From NCBI GenBank assembly GCA_963696385.1, contig CAVOKF010000003.1, positions 448,001-512,000 on the forward strand: DNA of 64,000 nt. Reading direction: 5' to 3'. Position numbers and translations under genes: made by a program. Each line of letters opens with the position of its first letter. Position 1 is the first letter of the stretch. The notes under the pieces are model-generated. The model was given only the letters and a program-made list of their open reading frames with translations. It made no database searches and was not told where the DNA came from. This document shows, in pieces, positions 9,148 through 18,510 of the stretch. Origin of the DNA: an uncultured delta proteobacterium (GTDB taxonomy: Bacteria; Myxococcota_A; Polyangia; Polyangiales; Polyangiaceae).

Positions 9148-11181
9148 TCAACTTCGTTGGCGATTTGGTTCCAGTGTTGGCACGGCTGCGGCGAGCGGCT
9201 CCGGCTTGGGCCATGCCGCCCGGAGGGCCTTCACGTGACGGGCACCGACTCCCGGTACCGCCAGAAGCGTCGCGTCATCGGCCGCGCGGATGGCGGCGAG
9301 GTTGCCGACATGCCGCTGAAGCGACTTTTTCGCTTTGGGGCCCAGGCCTTTCACGTCGTCGAGCGGCGAATGCAGGCGCCGCGCTTTGCCGGCCCGCATC
9401 CGCGCGCGATTCGAGAAGCGGTGGGCTTCGTCGCGCAACCGCGCGAGCAGAAAAAGTGAGGTGGTCGTGCTCTTGAGCGCGATGGGGTTTCGCTGACCGG
9501 GGACGTATACGCGATCGACCAACGTCTCGCCGGCGAGACTCTCCCGCTCTTTGGCGAGCGCAACCATCGCAAGATCGTGAAGGCCGAGGTCGTGCGCCGC
9601 GGCCAGCGCGACCGCCAGATGGCCCCGTCCCCCATCGACGACGAACAGATCCGGCGCGTCCCATCCGGAATCCGACGATCGACGGGTCGGGGCGCCGTTC
9701 GGCTCAAGAATGCGCCGGAAGCGCCGCGCCAGCACTTCGTACATCGAGCCGTAATCGTCGTTCAGATCGGCGGCGCTCTCGCGGCGCGCAACCCCGCGGA
9801 CGTTGAACGAACGGTAGTGCTTCTTGTCGAGTTGCCCGTCGGTCATCGTGACGATCGCTCCCACTGTGTCGCTGCCGCCGAGATGCGAGATGTCGCAGCA
9901 CTCGATTCGCCGCGGAAGGACCGGCAGCCTCAGGCGCTGCTGCAGATCGCGAAGGCGGTCCTGGATGTCATCGGCCTGCCGTTGCTTCTCACCGAACGAA
10001 TGGCGCGCGTTGTCGTTGGCCATCGCGAGTAGGTCGACACGATGGCCCCGCTTCGGCAAGAGAAGCGCGACGCGGTGACCGGCCCTGTCGGCAAGCCATT
10101 CGGCGATGCCCGCCAGGGCTTCGGGCTCGCAGGGTAGGATCACCTCGTCGGGCAGAAGAGCCACCGGAGTGTCGGCCTCACCCTCGTGGCGTGGGCCAAC
10201 GAGCGCGGCCCCGTAATGCTGGGCCAGGAAGGCCGCGATGATCTCGTCGTCCGGGATTTCGGCCTGTTTGATCGAGTAGGTCCCGACGTCGGCAAGCTTG
10301 CCCGCGCGAACGTGCAAAAGCGCGATCTCGACGAGTTCCCCTTCGCGATAGAAGCCGACCACGTCGCGGTCCACGTCGTCGACCGTCACCACGCGCTGCT
10401 CCTCGCGCACCTTCTCGATGGCACGAAGTTGATCTCGATACACGGCGGCCAGCTCGAACCGCATCTCGCGTGCTGCGGCCTTCATCTTCGCGTCGAGCTC
10501 ACGCGATAGCTCGTCGTGCCGGCCCTCGAGAAACTTGGCGACGGCATCCGCCTGCTCCGCATACCAGGCGGAATCGACCGGTAAGACGCATGGAGCCGGG
10601 CACCGCTTGATCTGAAACTGCAGGCAAGGGCGCTTTCGGCTCGCGAACTCGACGTCGCTGCACGTCCGAAGCTGGAAGTGCTTGTTCACGAGATGCAAGG
10701 TGCGCCGCGCCGATGTTGCCGAGTGGTACGGGCCGAAATACCGTGCCCCGTCGGGGGTCGGCCTCCGGACCACCTGGAGCCGCGGCCATTCGTCGGCGCG
10801 ACCGACCCCCATCGATTCGGCAGGCGATTTGCGGGGCGCAGAGCCCAGCCGGATGGTGATGAAGTCCTTGTCGTCCCGGAGCTTCACGTTGTAGCGAGGG
10901 CGGTGCTCCTTGATGAGGTTGTTCTCGAGGATCGTGGCTTCTTTTTCGTTGGCCGCAACGATGGTTTCAACGTCGCCGAGCAGGTGATGCAAGAGCGGGA
11001 TGAAGGCGCGGCGATCCCCGGTCGCGTCTTGAAAATAGCTGCGTACGCGCGCCCGCAGGCTCTTGGCCTTCCCGACATAGAGGACGACGCCCTTCTTGTC
11101 CTTGAAGAGGTACACGCCCGGTTGAGCCGGAAGACCGTCGAGTTTTTGAACGACCGCGTCGGGGATCATCGTCCGCCCCAC
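9148..11181 (-). CDS. uvrC: Excinuclease ABC subunit C
   Basis: GIY-YIG (PGVYLF..YVGKAKSLRARVRSYF), RIECCDISH, VDGGRG, RDEAHRF, HhH tail. Confidence 0.97.
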   Translation of the reverse strand: MGRTMIPDAVVQKLDGLPAQPGVYLFKDKKGVVLYVGKAKSLRARVRSYFQDATGDRRAFIPLLHHLLGDVETIVAANEKEATILENNLIKEHRPRYNVKLRDDKDFITIRLGSAPRKSPAESMGVGRADEWPRLQVVRRPTPDGARYFGPYHSATSARRTLHLVNKHFQLRTCSDVEFASRKRPCLQFQIKRCPAPCVLPVDSAWYAEQADAVAKFLEGRHDELSRELDAKMKAAAREMRFELAAVYRDQLRAIEKVREEQRVVTVDDVDRDVVGFYREGELVEIALLHVRAGKLADVGTYSIKQAEIPDDEIIAAFLAQHYGAALVGPRHEGEADTPVALLPDEVILPCEPEALAGIAEWLADRAGHRVALLLPKRGHRVDLLAMANDNARHSFGEKQRQADDIQDRLRDLQQRLRLPVLPRRIECCDISHLGGSDTVGAIVTMTDGQLDKKHYRSFNVRGVARRESAADLNDDYGSMYEVLARRFRRILEPNGAPTRRSSDSGWDAPDLFVVDGGRGHLAVALAAAHDLGLHDLAMVALAKERESLAGETLVDRVYVPGQRNPIALKSTTTSLFLLARLRDEAHRFSNRARMRAGKARRLHSPLDDVKGLGPKAKKSLQRHVGNLAAIRAADDATLLAVPGVGARHVKALRAAWPKPEPLAAAVPTLEPNRQRS

Positions 11182-11680
11182 AAACGTTAAGACCGTACCG
11201 GCTTTCCACGAGCATCGCGGAACCCGGCTTTGGCGAACTCACCGGCTCCGCCCTTAGCCCCATACGGATTGGCAGCCGCGCCGAGAGCCCATTCGAGGTC
11301 GCTATGCAAATCGACATCGACGATCCGGGGTAGCGCTGCTCGCCGCAGCGGGGGGGCTTTCGGCGGCTTCATCCAACGCCCGACCCCGACCCGCTTTGAG
11401 GTTACGTTCGGATCCACCGACGCCCGGAGCTGCTCGAACTGGCGAACCACGAACGCGAGCGGCGCTCGCTGCGGGTAACGGATGCACCCGCCCAACGCGC
11501 ACTGCTCGCTCCGGGATGCGACGGGCAACGCCGTTCTCGAACACTCCCTTTCGATCGGCACCCCGGGGCGCGCACACTGCTGGCCTGCAAGCGCCGAATC
11601 CAAGGGGGCCCCGAATCGCATGGCCTGGCTATTGGGTAAGCGCCGGAGGGCGGGGTCGTCAAACGGTCGTCACGACCGCC

Positions 11681-12334
11681 CTAGGGCGCGACCGGTTGGG
11701 TCCGAAAGGTCAGCGTCTTGTCGCTCGTCGCGATTTGTCGCACAAATAGTTGCGCAAAGCTTCCGAAGAGCGCGTCACCCGGCCCGATCCCCGTGCTGCC
11801 GGTGGGTCGTGACATCCAACGTCCGATCTGATCGATCATCTCGGGCGAGACCGGGTTGACGTCGACGACCACCGCCAGAAAGTACGGCTCCCCGGGCGCG
11901 AGAAGACCGCGCCTGGCGACGGCAAGGTCTCTCGCCTCCGTGCACACGCGCAGCACCCCGTCGAGCACAGCAGCCTGGTCGCGCTCACGCTCCGGCTCGC
12001 TCACGTGGACCCTGAATACTTCATCCCAAAGGTCGTAGACGACACGGCACACGCGCGGAGCGAGGGCCACCGGCGCATCCTGCCCTTCGCGGTAGACGTA
12101 CGCTCGCATCGCGATCACCATGGGAAGGCCGCTCGAGAGCTTCTTGGCGAGCGCCGGATCGGCGAGCACGTCTCGATACGAAAAGCTGGCGCGCAGCAAA
12201 TCACGATCCCAGGCGTAATTCGCCAGCCGCAGCGCGAGCGCCGCCGGATGCGGGGGGCGCTGCTGCGCGTCCGCGTCGACAGGTGCCATGACGGCAATGG
12301 CACTGGCCAACGCGAGAGCGCGCAGCCCCCTCAT
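11681..12334 (-). CDS. DUF4390-like exported protein
   Basis: Signal peptide; LSSGLP and CRVVYDLWDEVF motifs; coupled to the Omp85 gene. Confidence 0.65.
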   Translation of the reverse strand: MRGLRALALASAIAVMAPVDADAQQRPPHPAALALRLANYAWDRDLLRASFSYRDVLADPALAKKLSSGLPMVIAMRAYVYREGQDAPVALAPRVCRVVYDLWDEVFRVHVSEPERERDQAAVLDGVLRVCTEARDLAVARRGLLAPGEPYFLAVVVDVNPVSPEMIDQIGRWMSRPTGSTGIGPGDALFGSFAQLFVRQIATSDKTLTFRTQPVAP

Positions 12335-13977
12335 GGCCCGACCGCCCCTTGAGCTTGACCACGAACGGGAATGAGGCCCACCAGGTTGGCGACGCCGACG
12401 ACGAAACCACCGACCTGGGTATCGATCCGCAAACCCGCATTGAACGTGAGATCGATCGGAACGGTCGCGAACCCCCGATACCCACGCGCAGGCGCGACGA
12501 AGTCCTCTTCGTTCGCGATTCCGTAGACGCCCAAACTCGCGAAGAAGTCGACCCCGTAGATCGAACGGGTGCCTCGATAGATAGGAATGCGGTACTCCGC
12601 ATTGAGCTTGGCGGCGTAGTTGCCGTAGCGGATCTCGACCACGTCCGTCCCGAAGAAGTTCGGCGCCGGCCTTCGATCAAAGTTCAGGTCGAGCACCCGA
12701 TCAGGCAAGAGATCGCTCAAGTCGCCGACGTAAAAGCGCTCGAAGAGCGGTGCGTCGCCGAAAATGGCCCCGGCAAACCCCTGGAGCTCGAGGACGTGCC
12801 CCCACGGCAGCGCCACCCATTGCGACGCGCGAAGGACGATCTTCGTGTAAGGGTAATCGCTGCCGAACGGTGTCAGCGACGCGTCGACGCTCGACAGGAT
12901 GTATCGTCCGCTCGTCGTCAGAAAGGGCTCGTCGCGCGTATCGTTGACGATGGTCGCGCCCAACGTAGACAAGACGCTCGCCCCCGACGGGAGCATGAAG
13001 TCGATGGGCTCGACGTCGAGGCCCCGGTAGTCGCTCGCGGCCAGCGGCAATGTCGCGTTGATTTTTTCGAGGCGATAATCGAAAAATATCTGGGAAGAGA
13101 TGCCGAGGTCGTGACCGAAACCCACGCGTCCACCGAACCGCTTGTATTGCGCGACGGCATAGTCCTGAGTTGACTTCTGGGTCGGATCGTCGACGAGCAC
13201 ATCGCCGTTGCCGAAGAAGTCACGAGCGTTGTTGTAGAGGAGCTCCCCCTCGGCGATCCAGTTCGAGCGCAAAAACAGCGGGTCGGTGACTCGAACGCGC
13301 AGGGCGAGTTGGCCGTCGGCCGACTGCGCATAGCCACCGCCGAGGGCGATCCCCGTGCCCGCCAAGTTCGTCTCGGTGATCTTGATGCCGCCGTACGCCG
13401 TGAGCGGCTTCTTGTTGCCGTTCGCCTCGAAGTCCTCGGACAAGCCGAGCCACACGTCGTCGATGATCAGCGTGTTGCGCTCGATGACATCGACGACCAG
13501 GACGACCGCACCGCGGCGCGTTCCCCGACGCAGCGACAGCTGCACGTCGCGGAAGAAGCCAGTGCCTAGCAAACGAAACCGGGTGAACTCGAGCTCGCGG
13601 TCATTGACGTCGAGCACGTCGCCGGCACGAAAGGGAACGTAACGGAGCACAACCCGAGCGAGCGTCGTCCGATTGCCGCGCACCTCGACGCCCTCGAGTG
13701 TGTACTTCAGGCCGACCGCCCCCGGGGGTCGTACCGCCTCGATTCCGATCGCCGACGCTTCGGCGACCCGCGGGGCCGCCGAGCGCGGCGCCGAACCGGC
13801 CACTGGCGTCCCCAAAGTCGGCGGCGGCGGCGAAGGGCCAGAAGGAACCGTCGACAGCGCATCCGGCGACGCGCCGCCGCCCCACGTACGAACTGCCTGC
13901 GCGCGACCGAGAGAAGGCGCACCCATCCCGTGAACCGCGAGGACCGCGAACGCGAAAGAGAGCGGGCCCCGTCGCAC
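12331..13977 (-). CDS. Omp85/BamA-TamA family outer membrane protein (POTRA plus barrel)
   Basis: VEVRGNRTT..LLGTGFFRDV POTRA, ETNLAGTG, FERFYVG, amphipathic beta strands. Confidence 0.85.
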   Translation of the reverse strand: MRRGPLSFAFAVLAVHGMGAPSLGRAQAVRTWGGGASPDALSTVPSGPSPPPPTLGTPVAGSAPRSAAPRVAEASAIGIEAVRPPGAVGLKYTLEGVEVRGNRTTLARVVLRYVPFRAGDVLDVNDRELEFTRFRLLGTGFFRDVQLSLRRGTRRGAVVLVVDVIERNTLIIDDVWLGLSEDFEANGNKKPLTAYGGIKITETNLAGTGIALGGGYAQSADGQLALRVRVTDPLFLRSNWIAEGELLYNNARDFFGNGDVLVDDPTQKSTQDYAVAQYKRFGGRVGFGHDLGISSQIFFDYRLEKINATLPLAASDYRGLDVEPIDFMLPSGASVLSTLGATIVNDTRDEPFLTTSGRYILSSVDASLTPFGSDYPYTKIVLRASQWVALPWGHVLELQGFAGAIFGDAPLFERFYVGDLSDLLPDRVLDLNFDRRPAPNFFGTDVVEIRYGNYAAKLNAEYRIPIYRGTRSIYGVDFFASLGVYGIANEEDFVAPARGYRGFATVPIDLTFNAGLRIDTQVGGFVVGVANLVGLIPVRGQAQGAVGP

Positions 13978-14334
13978 GCGGGCCGCATCCTATCCGGTCC
14001 GTCTCCACCTTGCTGGCTGACGCTCGAGTGCAACCAGCCGTTTTCAGCGAACGCGATACCCCGATCGCGTCTGCCATCGAAGTCGAATCCGAACAGGCGA
14101 ACGCGGATGCGGCGACGTCTCGCTTCCAACGACGCAAATGTTGTGCCGACTCAGGTGATCGGCGCGCAGACGTCACCCCTCTTGCAGCAGCGCGAATCGC
14201 CGCCCGTACACAGGTGCGTGGCGGATCGAGGTCTGCGCCACCGGCAGGTGTCAACAGGGGCCAACCGCTCCGATGCGGAGTGGGTCGACGGTTGAATGAC
14301 CGGCCCTGGTGCGATACGGATGGTCGCGCTGTCG

Positions 14335-14390
14335 GGCTGTGGAGTCGGCCGTAATCGCGGCGCAGTGCATGCGTTGCCAGTGACTGCTGC
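14335..14390 (+). promoter_or_regulatory. Variant fluoride riboswitch (crcB motif)-like element
   Basis: GGCTG-TGGAGT-CGGCC P1, GTAATC linker, GCGGCGCA/TGCGTTGC stem, CAGTGACTGCTGC tail; about 235 nt upstream of crcB. Confidence 0.5.
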
Positions 14391-14625
14391 GGGGCGCGTG
14401 CGCCGCCGGACCCCTATTCCTGCGGATCGATAAGGAGGCAGGCGATGCGGGCAAGGGCGTTCTCACGGCAGTCGGCCACGTTACGAGCGAGATCGCACAG
14501 TTGCGCATTCCAAAGCATGCGTCCGATCGCGGTGAGCACGGCCAGATGGCATACACGGGCACACCGAGCACGCGCCCGCGCCGTACGACAGAATCGGCGG
14601 CGCCTCGGGGAAATCCGAGGCGGAA

Positions 14626-15009
14626 ATGACTCGAGTATTTCTCATCGGTCTCGCGGGCGCGCTGGGTACGCTCTCGCGCTACTTCGTGGGCATTTTTGCT
14701 GGTCGCGCTCTGGGCGCGGACTTCCCTTACGGCACGCTCATCGTCAACGTGCTTGGCTGCTTTCTCATTGCCGTGGTCTCGCAGCTCGCACTATCGACGA
14801 CGCTCATTTCGCCGACGCTGCGCATGACCCTGACGACGGGGTTCATGGGAGGGTTCACGACCTACTCGAGCTTCAACTACGAGACGACGAATCTGCTCCG
14901 CGAGCGCGCCTGGGCGACCGGCTTGCTGAACGTCGGGATTACCATGGTGGGCTGCTTCGTCGCGGGACTGCTCGGGCTCGCTGTCGCGCGCCGCATCGCT
15001 GGTTCCTGA
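14626..15009 (+). CDS. crcB: Fluoride channel Fluc/CrcB
   Basis: GALGTLSRY, FPYGTLIVNVLGC, GFMGGFTTYSSF. Confidence 0.95.
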   Translation: MTRVFLIGLAGALGTLSRYFVGIFAGRALGADFPYGTLIVNVLGCFLIAVVSQLALSTTLISPTLRMTLTTGFMGGFTTYSSFNYETTNLLRERAWATGLLNVGITMVGCFVAGLLGLAVARRIAGS

Positions 15010-15026
15010 AGCCTTTGGAGGGCATC

Positions 15027-15407
15027 ATGCGCGTTCTCGATGGCGAACAGTTTCTGGTCCGCATCTTCATCGGCGACTCGGAGCGGTGGCATCATATGCC
15101 GCTCGACCGCGCGCTCCTCGAGCGGCTGCGTCGCGAGGGGTTCGCCGGCGCGACCGTATTCCACGGCGTCGCTGGGTTCGGCGCAGCCAGCGTGATTCAC
15201 ACGGCGCACCTGGTCGATCTGTCGGGCGACCTGCCCGTCGTCATCGAGGTGGTCGATGATCGAGCACACGTGGACAAGCTCATCGCGATCCTCGACGAGA
15301 TGCTCGTCGGCGGCGCGCTCGTCACGATGGAGAAGGTCCGTGTTCTCAAGTACGCGGCAGGCAATCACGGGACACCGCCCCCCGCTGCGCCCTCTTCGCC
15401 CGGATAA
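15027..15407 (+). CDS. DUF190 (PII-like) protein
   Basis: RIFIGDSERW, GATVFHGVAGFG, DLPVVIEVVD; usual crcB neighbour; RBS GGAGG. Confidence 0.9.
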   Translation: MRVLDGEQFLVRIFIGDSERWHHMPLDRALLERLRREGFAGATVFHGVAGFGAASVIHTAHLVDLSGDLPVVIEVVDDRAHVDKLIAILDEMLVGGALVTMEKVRVLKYAAGNHGTPPPAAPSSPG

Positions 15408-15500
15408 GCGCCCAAAGCCGAGCGATGGCCATGAAATGGGCTCAAGCCAGTTGCGCACGGGATGACAGGCCCAACGCGTTCGCAGACTCTCGTACGACCG

Positions 15501-16563
15501 TCATGCGCGACGCACGAAACGGTCCTTGTCGGCGAGCCGCGCGAGCAGACGCTCGATGCGAAGCATCCAGGCAAGGTTCGATTGCGCGTGCGCGTAATCC
15601 ATTGCGGCGTAGAGGTGCGTTTGTTCGAGGTCCAACCGTTCGGGCGATCGCTCGAGGAGCGGGATATAGTGCTTCAGGAAGCGTGCTTGCGGAAACCGGG
15701 TGCGCTTCGCCACGGCGCAGCGAACAACCGCGTGCAGAGCATATCGATCGGCGAAAGGCGTTTGAACCATATGCCAAGCCCGAAGCCGCGCAAGGGCATG
15801 CTCAGCCTGCAGTTCGGATCGCACGCCCGCGAGCTTCGCGAGCGACCTGGCGTCGACGTGGTCGCCCGCGGTCTCGGCTAGAACGGTCAGCATTCGGCGC
15901 TCGATTCGTTCCATTCGCTTCCACGCCCACTCGACCAATGAAGAAACCTCAGGCAAGTCGTCTTCGTGATCGATGACTCGAACGTCGGCGACGCCGCGGT
16001 CGCACAGCCAGCCGCGCAGCTCGTTGACGGTCGTCGCTCCGGATCGTACGAGCGCTTCGGCGATGTCGAGCGCCAGCGGGTTCTGACGCAGCCACGGCGT
16101 CAGCGCACGGACGCGTGAAAACGCGGTTTTTCCCGCTATTGCTTGGGGCGCGACAACGGGAAAGATGGTCACTCCCGAAAGCAGGCAGCGCCGCGCCGTG
16201 AGGACCCACGTAACCGGCGCGGACCCGAGTTCGTTGAGAAGCCTTGCGACAGCGGCGTCGTTTTCGTGATTGTCGAGGACGATGAGTCGCGCCTCTTGCG
16301 TAGCGAGCCACCGGCAGAGCGAGCTAAACAGAATCGCGGGATCGCCGCGCGGCACCCGGAAGCGAATCGCCAACATTTCCGCAAGCGTTCTCGCGTCCCA
16401 GGGCCCGGAACGAAACCAATGTGCTCCGCCGGCGAAGCGTGCCTTAACGCGATGGCCGACCGCGCACGCGAGCATCGACTTGCCGCTGCCGCCTGAGCCG
16501 ATGAGCGCGATTCGCGCAGGCTTCCCCGGGCGGAGCGATGCCGAGAGGGTCGCTAGCTCCATG
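15501..16563 (-). CDS. Stand-alone NB-ARC/STAND-like P-loop NTPase
   Basis: GSGGSGKS, LIVLDNHE, LTARR, NPLAL, RYALHAVVR. Confidence 0.75.
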
Positions 16564-16952
16564 ACCCGCCCTTTGAGGCCGATCGGTCGGGGCGGAAACA
16601 GGCCGGTGTCCGATTCGTGCACGACCGCTCCTCATACCGCCCGGAAAGCGGCAGAAGCAACCGCTTCTGGGGTTTCGAGGGTTGGCGCTCGCCGCCCTCT
16701 GGATCGGGTTCCTGGGCTTGCTCGACCTGCTGCCCCCAGCGCGAGGTGGGCACGCGGTCGGCGGGCGCCAAATCCTGTTCAGCGGCTCTGCGAGGATCGC
16801 CGGCAGCAGGTCGCAGCCGAATGATCACCGGGGGTGCGCCGAGGGGTGATCGGCGGTACAGGGGGTGCCCGCAACGCGTGCCGCGCCTCTTGGTAGGCGA
16901 GCGAAGAGCACACGCGCAAAGTATACGTCGCAGTTATCGAGACTACAGATTT

Positions 16953-16992
16953 TTGCCCCCGTAGCTCAGAGGATAGAGCAGCGGTTTCCTAA
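16953..16992 (+). repeat. attL: 40-bp direct repeat containing the 5' half of tRNA-Arg(CCT)
   Basis: TTGCCCCCGTAGCTCAGAGGATAGAGCAGCGGTTTCCTAA is identical to 33094-33133; identity stops at the end of the anticodon loop. Confidence 0.97.
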
Positions 16993-17185
16993 TTCGGGGC
17001 ATCCGGCGCCCGTCGGGACGCACGAAAGCCTGGGAAAAAAGGCAAATGGTGCGTGTTTGACGGGCGATCAGACAGTGGCGAATAGTGGCGAAACGCGCGA
17101 GATGGGACCGCTTGGTTTGCAGGGCGGGACACTAAAGGACGTTTCGCTGGACGCGCTCTTGGCCGAGCTCGCACGGCGTCGGTGA
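16993..17185 (+). other. Displaced 3' coding segment of the integrase (C-terminus of the excised form)
   Basis: Same frame through att (APVAQRIEQRFP) as the integrase; open to ...LKDVSLDALLAELARRR-stop. Confidence 0.7.
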
Positions 17186-17585
17186 GGTCCCTCGTGGGGA
17201 CTTCACGAAGTGAGGCAATAATGAAGTCCGTCTGAGGGACATCATTCGGCTGGCCGCGTCGTCACGCAAGCGACCATGAAGCTCGCGGAGCTCTACGCCG
17301 AGGAGACGAGCGCCAGTCCTGGGGTCAAAGCGCAATTATTTGATCGCGAACAAGCAATTCGTCCCGGCAAGGCGGCCGTAGCGGAGGTGCACGAGAAAAA
17401 GATGCTGGCTTGTACCGCCAATTGGCTCTCATGATGCCCCCCATCAATTGCGGAGCCATACGCAATGATTCCCGCATGTTAGCGACGATCTGGTCTAGCT
17501 AAGAATTGTAACCGTCGCTGCGCAAAACGGGTGGGAGATTCGAGCTCTTTCGGGGTCGTCCGATTCGGTGCCACTAGGTTCGGTC

Positions 17586-17840
17586 ATGCCCGAACCCGCA
17601 TTACTTCCGTTGCGTGACGCCCTCGTCAGGTATCCAGGCATCTCGCTGGAGACCGCCCGCCGCCTCATACGCGACGGGAAATTACCAGCCGTCCTCATTG
17701 GCCGAATCTATCTGGTCAGTCCGGCCGACGTCGCGAAACTGTTCGCGCCCAAGCTGCGCAATGGACCGGCGCCCCGCAAGCCGCGAGAGAGCGAGACCGC
17801 CAGGGCCGAGCGGCAGTTGACGGAGGCGGGTCTCCGCTGA
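17586..17840 (+). CDS. Excisionase-like helix-turn-helix protein (HTH_17)
   Basis: GISLETARRLIRDGKLPAVLIGRIYLV winged-HTH pattern next to attL. Confidence 0.85.
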   Translation: MPEPALLPLRDALVRYPGISLETARRLIRDGKLPAVLIGRIYLVSPADVAKLFAPKLRNGPAPRKPRESETARAERQLTEAGLR

Positions 17841-17845
17841 CGCAC

Positions 17846-18301
17846 ATGAGTACTCCGCCATCGTTCGTAATCTATTGCGACTCGCGCGAGCAAACTCCGC
17901 CTCCGTTTCCTGATGGTGTCGTACTCGAGCGGGTCACTATGTCCGAGGCGGATTACACGTCGCCGAAGCTACAGGGGATCGGAGTCGTCGAACGCAAATC
18001 CACATCCGACTTCGCGAGCTCGATCACGCACTCGAGAGAGAGATTCGACGACGAGGTCCGGCGACTGAAGGCGTATCGCTGGAAGTGCATCATCGTCGAG
18101 GGGAGCCTCCACGACGTCTATCGATGCACGACCGCGCACCCGCATTCGATCATCGGCTCTATTGCATCGTTCTATGCGCGGGCTGATATCCCGACGATTT
18201 TCGCGGGCAATGCCGCAGGTGCGGGCCGACTCATCGCTGGCATTCTCCGTCGCTGGGAGGAGCGCATATTGGCAGAGCGCGCCGAGAGGGGGGCCGCATG
18301 A
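17846..18301 (+). CDS. ERCC4/XPF-domain nuclease
   Basis: DSREQ, ADY, VVERKSTSDFASSI, IIVEG. Confidence 0.88.
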   Translation: MSTPPSFVIYCDSREQTPPPFPDGVVLERVTMSEADYTSPKLQGIGVVERKSTSDFASSITHSRERFDDEVRRLKAYRWKCIIVEGSLHDVYRCTTAHPHSIIGSIASFYARADIPTIFAGNAAGAGRLIAGILRRWEERILAERAERGAA

Positions 18302-18510
18302 CTCGAATGCTTGGCTCGCCTGAAAATCAAGCGCGCGTATACGCCAGACGCGCCGCTGGCAAACCGCTCGACGATAACGATCTCGCGGTGATCGGCGAGC
18401 TGCCGGACGACCCTTCAGACGGTTGCATATCAGCACTCGAGCTCGGCGACCAGACTCCCGAGGACATCGCCGAAATCGAACGCCTCGTCAAAGAAAAGAT
18501 GGGCGCGTAA
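18298..18510 (+). CDS. Small hypothetical protein
   Basis: ATGA and TAATG overlaps with both neighbours. Confidence 0.6.
   Translation: MTRMLGSPENQARVYARRAAGKPLDDNDLAVIGELPDDPSDGCISALELGDQTPEDIAEIERLVKEKMGA

Noticed and set aside
11187..11680. Possible gene or ncRNA between uvrC and the DUF4390-like gene
   Set aside because: ORFs lack recognisable motifs and I could not match a known RNA structure.
16955..16992. Second tRNA gene
   Set aside because: Only the 5' half is present; no T-arm or 3' acceptor strand follows.
16865..17185. 106-aa ORF spanning attL as an independent gene
   Set aside because: Its 5' part is host tRNA leader sequence with no RBS; better explained as the displaced integrase 3' end.
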